DNA of 61,655 nt from a virus (Duplodnaviria > Caudoviricetes). Location of the stretch: positions 1 through 61,655 of the IMG/VR virus record IMGVR_UViG_3300030372_004501. One strand, written 5' to 3'. The translations under genes and the position numbers were made by a program. Position 1 is the stretch's first letter. Each line of letters starts with the position of its first letter. Below are positions 54,095 to 61,655 of the stretch, piece by piece. Under the pieces are notes generated by a model. It was not told the origin of the DNA. It was given only the letters and a program-made list of their open reading frames with translations, and did no database searches.

Positions 54095-54565
54095 ATGAAT
54101 AAAAATATAAAAACAAATAAACTACCATCACGCGAGTCTGAAACCCGAGTTAAAACCGAACGAAGGAAACCATGGGCTCCACCGTCTCAGTTAGACGCAC
54201 CACCTGCACCAGCTGGTTTTAAACATCGCTGGATAAGGGCTGAAACAGTAGGACAGATGGATCAAAAAAATGTATCCGCTAGACTACGCGAAGGTTGGGA
54301 ATTTGTCAGAGCTGACGAATATCCTGATGTTCAATGGCCTGCAATAGACTCAGGTAGATATAACGGTGTCATAGCTGTTGGGGGTTTAATGCTAGCAAGG
54401 ATTCCAGAGGAAACTGTTAAAGAGCGTGAAAAACATTTTGCACAAGTAACGCAAGATAAAGATGACGCAATTGCTAACGATCCTTTGAAGGACCAACATC
54501 CTAGCATGCCTATCTCAAATGAGAGAAGCTCTCGCGTAACATTTGGTGGCGGTAAGAAGAACTAG
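54095..54565 (+). CDS. Conserved head-associated protein
   Basis: W.PPS.L.AP....G..HRWIR...REGWEFV...GGLMLARIP between scaffold and capsid genes. Confidence 0.65.
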   Translation: MNKNIKTNKLPSRESETRVKTERRKPWAPPSQLDAPPAPAGFKHRWIRAETVGQMDQKNVSARLREGWEFVRADEYPDVQWPAIDSGRYNGVIAVGGLMLARIPEETVKEREKHFAQVTQDKDDAIANDPLKDQHPSMPISNERSSRVTFGGGKKN

Positions 54566-54576
54566 TTTTTCTCCCC

Positions 54577-54623
54577 ATAAGTTACAAAAATTTATACATT
54601 CATGGTGAGTGTATATGACTTAT
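54577..54623 (+). promoter_or_regulatory. Long intergenic stem-loop upstream of capsid genes
   Basis: ATAAGTTA/TGACTTAT and TATACATTCA-TGG-TGAGTGTATA helices with 8-nt bulge. Confidence 0.55.
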
Positions 54624-54641
54624 TAACATGAGGATAAAATC

Positions 54642-55241
54642 ATGGCTAACGTTGACGCGGCCTTTGGGTACAGACCTATTGGAGCAGTTGGCAGTGGCGT
54701 TAATAATGCAGGTACTACCCTGTACACCATCGAAGACAATTACAGTACATCTATTTTTAAAGGTGACCACGTAATGGCGTCTGGAGGTTACATCATAGCT
54801 GGAACAGCTTCTGGTGCAACTAATGTTGGTGTTTTTAACGGTTGCTTCTATATTGATCCAACTAGTAAGAAACCTACATGGTCAAATTACTACGCTCAGA
54901 CAAATGTAACCGCAACTGGTTCCATTTCTGGGTCAACTAATATCGACGCATACATCTATGATAATCCATTCACTCTTTTTGAGGCTCAATGTGATGGCAC
55001 TATAGCTAAAACAGATATTGGTAAAAATACTGATTCTGTGCTTGGTACTTCTAGCACTGTAAATGGTCTGTCTGTGACAGAAATTGACAGTGGTTCTGAA
55101 GCTACTACAGCTGGCTTACAGGTTAAAATCATTGGGATTACAAAAGATCCGGAAAATGACGATGCTTCCAGTGCAAATGCTAACTGGTATATAATGTGGA
55201 ATGAACACGTTAAATTAGGCACCGGCATTACTGGAACGTAA
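54642..55241 (+). CDS. Minor capsid/decoration protein
   Basis: MANVDAAFG.RP, IFKGD.V, GVFNGC.Y; directly precedes MCP. Confidence 0.65.
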   Translation: MANVDAAFGYRPIGAVGSGVNNAGTTLYTIEDNYSTSIFKGDHVMASGGYIIAGTASGATNVGVFNGCFYIDPTSKKPTWSNYYAQTNVTATGSISGSTNIDAYIYDNPFTLFEAQCDGTIAKTDIGKNTDSVLGTSSTVNGLSVTEIDSGSEATTAGLQVKIIGITKDPENDDASSANANWYIMWNEHVKLGTGITGT

Positions 55242-55259
55242 TAGTTAGGAGAAAATTAA

Positions 55260-56165
55260 ATGGCAATTTCAAGAATGCAATTGGTCAAAGAATTGGAACC
55301 TGGCTTGAACGCTTTGTTTGGATTAGAGTATGACCGATACGAAAACCAGCACACAGAAATTTTCGATGCAGAAAGTTCTGATCGTGCATTCGAGGAAGAA
55401 GTAATGTTAGGTGGGTTTGGTAATGCAGAAGTAAAACCGGAAGGATCTGGTGTTGTATATGAATCAGCACAAGAAACTTTCACTTCTCGTTATACTCACG
55501 AAACTATTGCTTTAGCTTTCTCATTAACTGAAGAAGCTGTAGAGGATAATCTTTACGACAAAATCAGCACTCGATACACAAAAGCATTGGCACGTTCAAT
55601 GGCAAACACTAAGCAAATAAAAGCTGCTAACGTTCTTAACAGAGCGTTTAACAGTTCTTATCTTGGTGGTGATGATAAGGAGCTTTGTGCTACTGATCAC
55701 ACTACTATGGCTGGTGACCAGAAGAACGAATTGTCAACTGCTGCTGACTTGAACGAAACTTCGCTCGAGCAAGCAATGATCGACATTGCTGGTATGAAGG
55801 ACGAAAGAGGAATGAAAATTGCTCTTCGTGGAATGAAAATGATCATTCCTGTAAATCTTCAATTTACAGCTGAAAGGTTGATGAAATCTGCAGGTAGAGT
55901 AGGAACTGCTGATAATGACATCAATGCAATCAAATCTATGGGAATGGTTCCACAAGGATATGTGGTTAACAATTTCTTAACTGATACTGATGCATTTTTC
56001 ATTAAAACAGATGCTCCTAATGGACTGAAAATGTTCACTAGAGCTCCTATTAGAACTGCAATGGAAGGCGACTTCGATACTGGAAATGTTAGATATAAAG
56101 CAAGAGAAAGATACAGCTTTGGCTGGTCTGACTGGCGTGGAATATTTGGCTCTCCAGGAGCTTAA
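55260..56165 (+). CDS. Major capsid protein (Mu gpT-like family)
   Basis: MAISR.QL.KELEPGLNALFG, SDRAFEEEV, DFDTGNVRYKARERYSFGWSDWRG. Confidence 0.92.
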   Translation: MAISRMQLVKELEPGLNALFGLEYDRYENQHTEIFDAESSDRAFEEEVMLGGFGNAEVKPEGSGVVYESAQETFTSRYTHETIALAFSLTEEAVEDNLYDKISTRYTKALARSMANTKQIKAANVLNRAFNSSYLGGDDKELCATDHTTMAGDQKNELSTAADLNETSLEQAMIDIAGMKDERGMKIALRGMKMIIPVNLQFTAERLMKSAGRVGTADNDINAIKSMGMVPQGYVVNNFLTDTDAFFIKTDAPNGLKMFTRAPIRTAMEGDFDTGNVRYKARERYSFGWSDWRGIFGSPGA

Positions 56166-56171
56166 ATCTTT

Positions 56172-56198
56172 TAGTGGGGCGCATTATGTGCCCCACTA
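56172..56198 (+). terminator. GC-rich hairpin after MCP (terminator-like, no U-tract)
   Basis: TAGTGGGGCGC-ATTAT-GTGCCCCACTA. Confidence 0.55.
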
Positions 56199-56199
56199 T

Positions 56200-56272
56200 A
56201 CCTAGTATAACAAGTTATACAGACTGGCTAGGCAGACGATATAGAGACTGTATGACAATAGGTCTATATGAC
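56200..56272 (+). ncRNA. Pseudoknotted RNA element downstream of MCP (possibly Mu-gpT-DE motif)
   Basis: GTTATACAG/CTGTATGAC stem, CCTAGT/GCTAGG and ATATAGA/TCTATAT cross-pairings; located after a gpT-like gene. Confidence 0.5.
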
Positions 56273-56285
56273 CGAGGAGAATATC

Positions 56286-57197
56286 ATGGCTAATACTAGC
56301 TTTGTGGGTCCGGTAAGATCCAAAAACAACTATAAGTTATATAGTACTACTGCTTCAACAGGTGTTGAGCACGATAGAACTATGGGTGATCCTGCAAAAG
56401 ATGCAAGACGCTATTACTTAGAAGAATGGTTTACAAAGAAACCAGGTCTTAATGCAGTAGCTATTATAGACCCTGATGCGGATTCAGCTTCTGCTTTAGC
56501 AGCATTTGTTATTGCTAACAGAGACTTTGAAACATTAGGTACTAACATGACAACTGCTTTGACTACTTTTTCAGCTACACACGGTGGTATTTTAATGACT
56601 ACTGCTGGTGCTGATCAGGATCAAGCAATTCTTTTACCTCACTTAGATACTAACCAAACAGCTTGGAGTGGAACTAAATGGGGAACTGAAAACTCAGTAG
56701 AATGGGAATGTTCAATTTCCTTACCTGCAATTGATAACCAAAAAGTTTGGGCTGGTTTAAAGTTAACTAATGATCAATTAGTTGCAACTGATAACAACCA
56801 AATCTTTTTTAAGTTTCAAACAGACGCTACTAACAGTGAAGCTTTTAGTGATTATAGCTATTGGCACTTAGTACACAGTATTGGTGGAACTGACTATATC
56901 AGTCAAATTCCAGTTACTGTTGCAGCCGATACACCTTATCACTTGAAAATTTCTATTGGTAGTGATAGAAAAGCTACATGTTTTATAAATGGTGTACAGT
57001 ACAATGTTACTAGCACATCAGGTAGCACAGGGGGAACTGCAGTAACAGCAGTGCAACCAGGTGTTGCAGCAGCTAAAACAGCGGCTTTAACTAATGATAC
57101 GGATTTAATTCCATACATTGGTATTGAAGCAGGTGCGGCAGCAGCTGAGGCAATAAACGTTCACTACCAAGCAATTAGTAGAAACGTTTTTGAATAA
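56286..57197 (+). CDS. Virion structural protein (head fibre/decoration-like)
   Basis: GAGGAG RBS before ATG 56286; MANTSF.GPVRS.N N-terminus; beta-sandwich-like body. Confidence 0.65.
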   Translation: MANTSFVGPVRSKNNYKLYSTTASTGVEHDRTMGDPAKDARRYYLEEWFTKKPGLNAVAIIDPDADSASALAAFVIANRDFETLGTNMTTALTTFSATHGGILMTTAGADQDQAILLPHLDTNQTAWSGTKWGTENSVEWECSISLPAIDNQKVWAGLKLTNDQLVATDNNQIFFKFQTDATNSEAFSDYSYWHLVHSIGGTDYISQIPVTVAADTPYHLKISIGSDRKATCFINGVQYNVTSTSGSTGGTAVTAVQPGVAAAKTAALTNDTDLIPYIGIEAGAAAAEAINVHYQAISRNVFE

Positions 57198-57208
57198 ACA
57201 ACTTTAAT

Positions 57209-57236
57209 GGAGCGGGGGTGAAAACCCCCTCTCTCC
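57209..57236 (+). terminator. Intergenic hairpin
   Basis: GGGGGT-GAAA-ACCCCC core with GNRA loop, flanked by GGAG and CTCC. Confidence 0.45.
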
Positions 57237-57249
57237 AACAGGAGGACAA

Positions 57250-57666
57250 ATGGCAGACGCAGTAACAAGTCAAACATTAGCAGACGGTGATAAAATCGCT
57301 GTTATAAAACTTACAAATATATCAGATGGAACTGGAGAAAGTTCAGTAAAAAAAGTTGATGTATCAGCTTTAGCAACTAACTCAGCAGGAGCAGCATGTG
57401 CTCATGCAACAATTAATCAAATTTGGTATGATATAGGTGGTATGCGCGTAGCTCTAGAATGGAATGCAACTTCAAACGTTGTTGCAGCAGTTTTAGGTGG
57501 AAGTGCAGCAGCAGGTAATGTTTCAGGGTATATGGATTTTAGATCATTCGGTGGTCTTAAAAATACATTAGCATCTGGATACGATGGTGATATTGACTTA
57601 ACAACTCATGGTCATACAAACCACGACCACTATACTATTATACTAGAAGTATCTAAAAATTATTAG
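57250..57666 (+). CDS. Virion structural protein
   Basis: MADAVTSQT..DG...TNISDGTGES.V.KVDVSAL...GDI..TT. Confidence 0.65.
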   Translation: MADAVTSQTLADGDKIAVIKLTNISDGTGESSVKKVDVSALATNSAGAACAHATINQIWYDIGGMRVALEWNATSNVVAAVLGGSAAAGNVSGYMDFRSFGGLKNTLASGYDGDIDLTTHGHTNHDHYTIILEVSKNY

Positions 57667-57674
57667 AGGTTTAA

Positions 57675-58424
57675 ATGGCTTATTCAGGCACACAAACCTT
57701 TAACTTATCAATAGAGGAAATAATTCAAGAAGCGCATGAGCGTTGTCAATTAGAAGTACGTGAAGGATATGATTTAAAAACTGCTAGAAGATCTATAAAC
57801 TTAATGTTAGCAGAATGGGCAAATCGTGGTTTAAATTTATGGACCATAGAATATGCAACACAAACTTTAACAGCTGGCACTAATTATTATTCTATTGATC
57901 AAAAGGTAATAGATATAGTAGATGCAGTGGTAACAACCACTACAGGTGCTACATCTAATTTAGAAGGTGATAGTAACACAACAGATGTTGCTATGAATAG
58001 AATTTCTAGAACTGAATATATGAATTTAGCTAAAAAAGAAAATTCATCTAGTGGTGACTCTAGGCCCACTCAATTTGCTTTAATACCAGGACAAGTAACT
58101 GTTGGAGGATCTTCTTCTAGTGGTAGACCAGAAAATGATATGACACTGTTTTTATATCCAAGTCCAGATAAAGCCTACATATTTAAATATTTTTATATGG
58201 GAAGAATACAAGATGCAGGTGACTATACTAATAATGCAGATGTACCTTTTTATTTTTTACCTTGTTTGACTGCAGGATTAGCTTACTATATAAGTTTAAA
58301 AAAAGCACCTATGTTAAGTGCAAATTTAAAATCGGTGTACGACGAAGAATTTAATCGTGCTAGAGATAACGATCGCGAAAGAGTGTCTTTCAGGGTTGAA
58401 CCAGCAGTGGCTTATAGGCCATAG
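57675..58424 (+). CDS. Head-tail adaptor / tail tubular protein A-like
   Basis: TARRSINLMLAEWANRGLNLWT, RISR.EY, RP.QF, LYP.PD, GLAYY. Confidence 0.7.
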   Translation: MAYSGTQTFNLSIEEIIQEAHERCQLEVREGYDLKTARRSINLMLAEWANRGLNLWTIEYATQTLTAGTNYYSIDQKVIDIVDAVVTTTTGATSNLEGDSNTTDVAMNRISRTEYMNLAKKENSSSGDSRPTQFALIPGQVTVGGSSSSGRPENDMTLFLYPSPDKAYIFKYFYMGRIQDAGDYTNNADVPFYFLPCLTAGLAYYISLKKAPMLSANLKSVYDEEFNRARDNDRERVSFRVEPAVAYRP

Positions 58425-58437
58425 GAGATAAGTGAAG

Positions 58438-58527
58438 ATGGCAAAATGTGAAAAATGTGGTTGTGATTGCGATTGTAAAGACAATTGTCAATGTACAAAC
58501 TGTGAATGTAAAAAGGAGGAAAAATGA
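58438..58527 (+). CDS. Metallothionein-like Cys-rich peptide (29 aa, 9 Cys)
   Basis: MAKCEKCGCDCDCKDNCQCTNCECKKEEK*; AGGAG RBS; ATGA overlap with next gene. Confidence 0.7.
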   Translation: MAKCEKCGCDCDCKDNCQCTNCECKKEEK

Positions 58528-58757
58528 GTAATCCAAATTGGAATAAAGATTCTAACGCTGGAAGAAATTCTAAAGGTGGAGTAAAAGGAAATTGGAGTAA
58601 CAGAGGAACTATTTCTGTACCTAATCCTACACCTAAAGAAAAAGAAAAAACTATTTCTATTGCTAAAGGTACTATTACAGGTACTGCAAAAGGAATGGGT
58701 GCAGCTACTAAAGGTGGAAAATATAGTTGGGTTGGACCTAAAGATTCTAAATGGTAG
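58524..58757 (+). CDS. Small basic protein
   Basis: AAGGAGG RBS; KGMGAATKGG motif. Confidence 0.65.
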   Translation: MSNPNWNKDSNAGRNSKGGVKGNWSNRGTISVPNPTPKEKEKTISIAKGTITGTAKGMGAATKGGKYSWVGPKDSKW

Positions 58758-58762
58758 GATAG

Positions 58763-59257
58763 ATGGCTTACGCTAACGGAAAATACGCTAAATTTATTTC
58801 TGATCGTAGTGGTATGGAATATCCTTATAAAGAAATGGTGAAGGAGTGGAATGGTGCACGTGTTCACAGAAGTGAATTTGAACCAAAAGCTCCACAAGAA
58901 GAACCACATAAATATATTCCAGATCCTGAAGCTTTACAATTTCCAAGACCAGATAGAACAGAAAACGCAGTTGCAACATTATTACCTCGTAATCCTTTTA
59001 GATTTACAGCTAGTAGTGCAACAGTATCAGTATTTGAACCTGATCATGGAAGAGCTAGTAGTGATACTGTGAGATTTAGAGATGTCACAGGAAATTTATT
59101 TGGAGCTTCTGTGACTGAATTAGAAGATGAAAGTGGTTATAGTATAACAAAAACAGATGATGATTTTTATACTTTCACGGTGTCAACAGCACCAGGAATA
59201 ACAGGAAATGGCGGTGGAGGTTTTGCTTCTGCTGGACCAGCAACATTGAGTAACTAA
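58763..59257 (+). CDS. Conserved virion-associated protein
   Basis: YA.GKYA..ISDRSG..YPY..M..EWNG..VH..EFEPK.PQ, then small beta domain. Confidence 0.65.
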   Translation: MAYANGKYAKFISDRSGMEYPYKEMVKEWNGARVHRSEFEPKAPQEEPHKYIPDPEALQFPRPDRTENAVATLLPRNPFRFTASSATVSVFEPDHGRASSDTVRFRDVTGNLFGASVTELEDESGYSITKTDDDFYTFTVSTAPGITGNGGGGFASAGPATLSN

Positions 59258-59952
59258 TGACAACATACGCAGAATTAACACAACAGATTTTAGATTATAC
59301 TGAAACTAGCACTGATGTATTATCATCAACTAGAACAAATGATTTTATTGAACACACTGAAAATAGAATATTAAGAGAAGTAGATATAGATGCTTTTAAA
59401 TCGCATCAAGTATCAACAGTTACCGCAAGTAACGCTTTTGTATCATTACCTGGTGGGTCTTCCCCAGATCCAACATCACTCGCTACAATTAGAACAGTCC
59501 ATATTTGGCCTGCTTCAGGTACTGCAACAAGAACATTTTTAGAGCAAAAAGATTTAAGTTATATGAATGAATATTGGCCTAACAGAGCGTCTACAAGCAC
59601 ACCAAAATATTGGGCGTGGTGGGATCATAACACAATTTACCTTGCGCCGACGCCGGATTCAGCGTATAACATCGAATTAGGAATTACTAGACTACCTACA
59701 AGACTTTCTAGTAGTAACACAACCTCTTGGTTGGGTAATAATGCTCCATCAGCATTATTATATGGATGTCTTGCCGAAGCCTTCAAATTCTTGAAGGGAC
59801 CAGCTGAAATGCTGCAATTATACGAACAATCATATCAACGTGCCATTCAAGGTTTAGCTATTGAGCAACAAGGAAGGCATCGAAGAGATGAGTACATGCA
59901 AGGGGAACTAAGAATTCCTTTGCAACAAGAACAAAAATCCACAGGAGGATAG
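59257..59952 (+). CDS. Head-tail adaptor protein
   Basis: MTTYAEL...I..Y, FI...E.RI, PKYW, LAPTPD..Y, W....AP..LLYG.L.EA..FLKG. Confidence 0.7.
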   Translation: MTTYAELTQQILDYTETSTDVLSSTRTNDFIEHTENRILREVDIDAFKSHQVSTVTASNAFVSLPGGSSPDPTSLATIRTVHIWPASGTATRTFLEQKDLSYMNEYWPNRASTSTPKYWAWWDHNTIYLAPTPDSAYNIELGITRLPTRLSSSNTTSWLGNNAPSALLYGCLAEAFKFLKGPAEMLQLYEQSYQRAIQGLAIEQQGRHRRDEYMQGELRIPLQQEQKSTGG

Positions 59953-59955
59953 AAC

Positions 59956-60387
59956 ATGGCAATAACTCAAGCTGTCTGCACTAGTTTTAAACAAGAAATA
60001 CTTGTTGAAGGACATGATTTCACAGCTACAACTGGTGACACTTTCAAAATTGCATTGTATACAAGTTCAGCTACATTAAGTGCTTCTACTACCGCTTATT
60101 CAAGTTCCAATGAAGTTTCTAACTCAGGAACTTATACAGCAGGAGGAGGAAATTTAACAAGTGTAACACCAACTACTTCAGGAACAACTGCTATTTGTGA
60201 TTTTGCTGACGCTTCTTTCACATCAGCGACAATTACAGCTCGTGGAGCATTAATTTATAACAGTAGTAATTCTAATAAAGCAGTATGTGTGTTGGACTTT
60301 GGAGGAGATAAAACTTCTACAAGCGGAACGTTTACAATTCAGTTTCCTACAGCCGATGCAAGTGATGCTATATTAAGATTAGCATAG
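59956..60387 (+). CDS. Conserved tail-associated structural protein
   Basis: MAITQA.CTSFK.E.L, FKIALYTS, YTAGG..L, ARGALIYN, LDFGGDK. Confidence 0.7.
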   Translation: MAITQAVCTSFKQEILVEGHDFTATTGDTFKIALYTSSATLSASTTAYSSSNEVSNSGTYTAGGGNLTSVTPTTSGTTAICDFADASFTSATITARGALIYNSSNSNKAVCVLDFGGDKTSTSGTFTIQFPTADASDAILRLA

Positions 60388-60396
60388 GAGAAATAA

Positions 60397-61655
60397 ATGG
60401 CATTAGTCATTAATGATCGCGTAAAGGAAACGACTACTACTACAGGAACGGGAGCTGTATCTCTTGGTGGTGCTACCACTGGGTTTGAAGCTTTTTCAGC
60501 AGGCGTAGGTAATTCTAATACTACTTACTATGTTATTGCTCATCAAACAGCAAATGAATGGGAAGTTGGTTTAGGAACACTAGACGGTGATAGTTCTGAT
60601 CTTACACGTACAACAGTTATATCTTCTTCAAACAGCGATAGTGCTGTTGATTTTGCTGCAGGAACAAAAGATGTTTTCTGTACAGTGCCTGCTAGTAAAT
60701 TACTCGTAGAAGACGCTAACAACGATATAACTATAGGCCGTAATTTAACAGTTACTGGTGATCTTACAATATCCGGTGATGACATTACTATGGCTACTAA
60801 CACTAGTGGTGCGGCTCTTATTGGTGATGGTACAAATTTTAATCCTGTTGCTATATCTGGTGATATAACAATAGGAACAACTGGAACAGCAGCAATTGGA
60901 TCTGGTGTTATTGTTAATGCAGATGTAAATAGTTCTGCTGCAATAGCTATGTCTAAAACTGCTTTTACAGCAGGAACTGGTGTAAGTTTATCAACTAACA
61001 CTTTAAATGTAGATGCAGCACAAACAGGTATTACATCAATTTTAGCAACAGATGTTAAAATTGGTGAAGATGATCAAACTAAAGTAGATTTTGAAACAGC
61101 AAATACAATTAATTTTTATGCTGATAATGAAAAGCAATTAATACTTACAGACGGTGCTTTAACACCTGGCTCTAACGCTATTGTTGATTTAGGCACAGAT
61201 GCTTTAGAATTTAAAGATGCTTATTTTGATGGAACTTTAGAAGCTGACGCAATTACTGTTGGCGGAACAAATATTTCTGCCATCTATAGTGCTATAGCGG
61301 GAAGTTCAAGTATTGTAACAACTGGAGCATTAGATTCTGGTTCAATTACTTCTGGATTTGGAACTATTGACACTGGCTCATCAACTATTACAACAACAGG
61401 ATTAATTACTGGTGGCTCATTAGATATTGATAATGTTTTAATTAATGGGACAACTATAGGCCACACAGACGACACTGATTTAATAACTGTGGCAGATGGA
61501 TTAGTAACTGTTGCGGGTGAAATATCTGTAACTACTCTTGACATTGGTGGAACTAATGTGGCGTCTACTGCTGCTGAATTAAATATTGTAGATGGTAATA
61601 CATCTGCAACATCAACGACTTTAGCAGATGCAGATAGATTAGTAACAAACGATAA
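60397..61655 (+). CDS. Tail fibre protein (partial, runs off window end)
   Basis: AGGAG RBS; MALVINDRVKETTTTTGTG...EWEVGLGT...FAAGTKDVFCT; no stop seen up to 61655. Confidence 0.8.
   Translation, partial: MALVINDRVKETTTTTGTGAVSLGGATTGFEAFSAGVGNSNTTYYVIAHQTANEWEVGLGTLDGDSSDLTRTTVISSSNSDSAVDFAAGTKDVFCTVPASKLLVEDANNDITIGRNLTVTGDLTISGDDITMATNTSGAALIGDGTNFNPVAISGDITIGTTGTAAIGSGVIVNADVNSSAAIAMSKTAFTAGTGVSLSTNTLNVDAAQTGITSILATDVKIGEDDQTKVDFETANTINFYADNEKQLILTDGALTPGSNAIVDLGTDALEFKDAYFDGTLEADAITVGGTNISAIYSAIAGSSSIVTTGALDSGSITSGFGTIDTGSSTITTTGLITGGSLDIDNVLINGTTIGHTDDTDLITVADGLVTVAGEISVTTLDIGGTNVASTAAELNIVDGNTSATSTTLADADRLVTND

Noticed and set aside
52613-60387. GG matches in GroES (KTKGGVI) and ORF 59956 (YTAGG) as members of the tag family
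   Set aside because: These lie within conserved folded domains; treated as background, which shows the motif needs statistical testing
491-61544. Numerous 60-165 aa ORFs antisense to or nested within long genes (e.g. 491..802, 13134..13526, 42514..42882, 58412..58909, 60543..61001)
   Set aside because: They overlap well-supported genes and show the composition expected of shadow frames
1-61655. Integrase, reverse transcriptase/DGR, RNA polymerase, tRNA genes, alternative genetic code
   Set aside because: No diagnostic motifs found by eye; genes tile densely under the standard code with TAA, TAG and TGA all used as stops

Overview
A near-complete, AT-rich tailed dsDNA phage genome, cut within the tail-fibre region at both ends. 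The layout is podovirus-like: tail fibres, tail tube/stabilisation and internal (ejection) proteins, GH108 endolysin, then exonuclease, Hsp20, SNF2 helicase, SSB-like protein, primase, UvrD helicase and family A DNA polymerase. After these come an accessory block (GH73 hydrolase, PP-loop Fe-S protein, SufE), a minus-strand envelope-protein operon, a divergent control region, small early genes, TerS, a 2 kb repeat-rich region, TerL, portal, GroES, scaffold, major capsid and head-tail genes. I saw no integrase, RNA polymerase, tRNA or CRISPR. From memory the gene set resembles marine HTVC023P-type pelagiphages, and the LexA-like protein plus GTTC-N7-GTTC-like boxes point to an alphaproteobacterial host (inference, no search run). 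Most notable observations: (1) a [YFMLK]-x-x-G-G-x-[VIA]-like peptide tag in about 12 otherwise unrelated proteins, plus a stand-alone tape-measure-type 'GPGTGxSDxIPAxLSxGEFV' domain that could read or cleave it; (2) a modular array of AAACTCCC repeats, GC palindromes and DnaA boxes between terS and terL; (3) DnaA boxes at fixed positions in phage promoters; (4) a ~190-nt multi-stem ncRNA candidate behind an SOS-like box; (5) a PP-loop Fe-S enzyme plus SufE next to the polymerase. All family calls come from motif recognition by eye.
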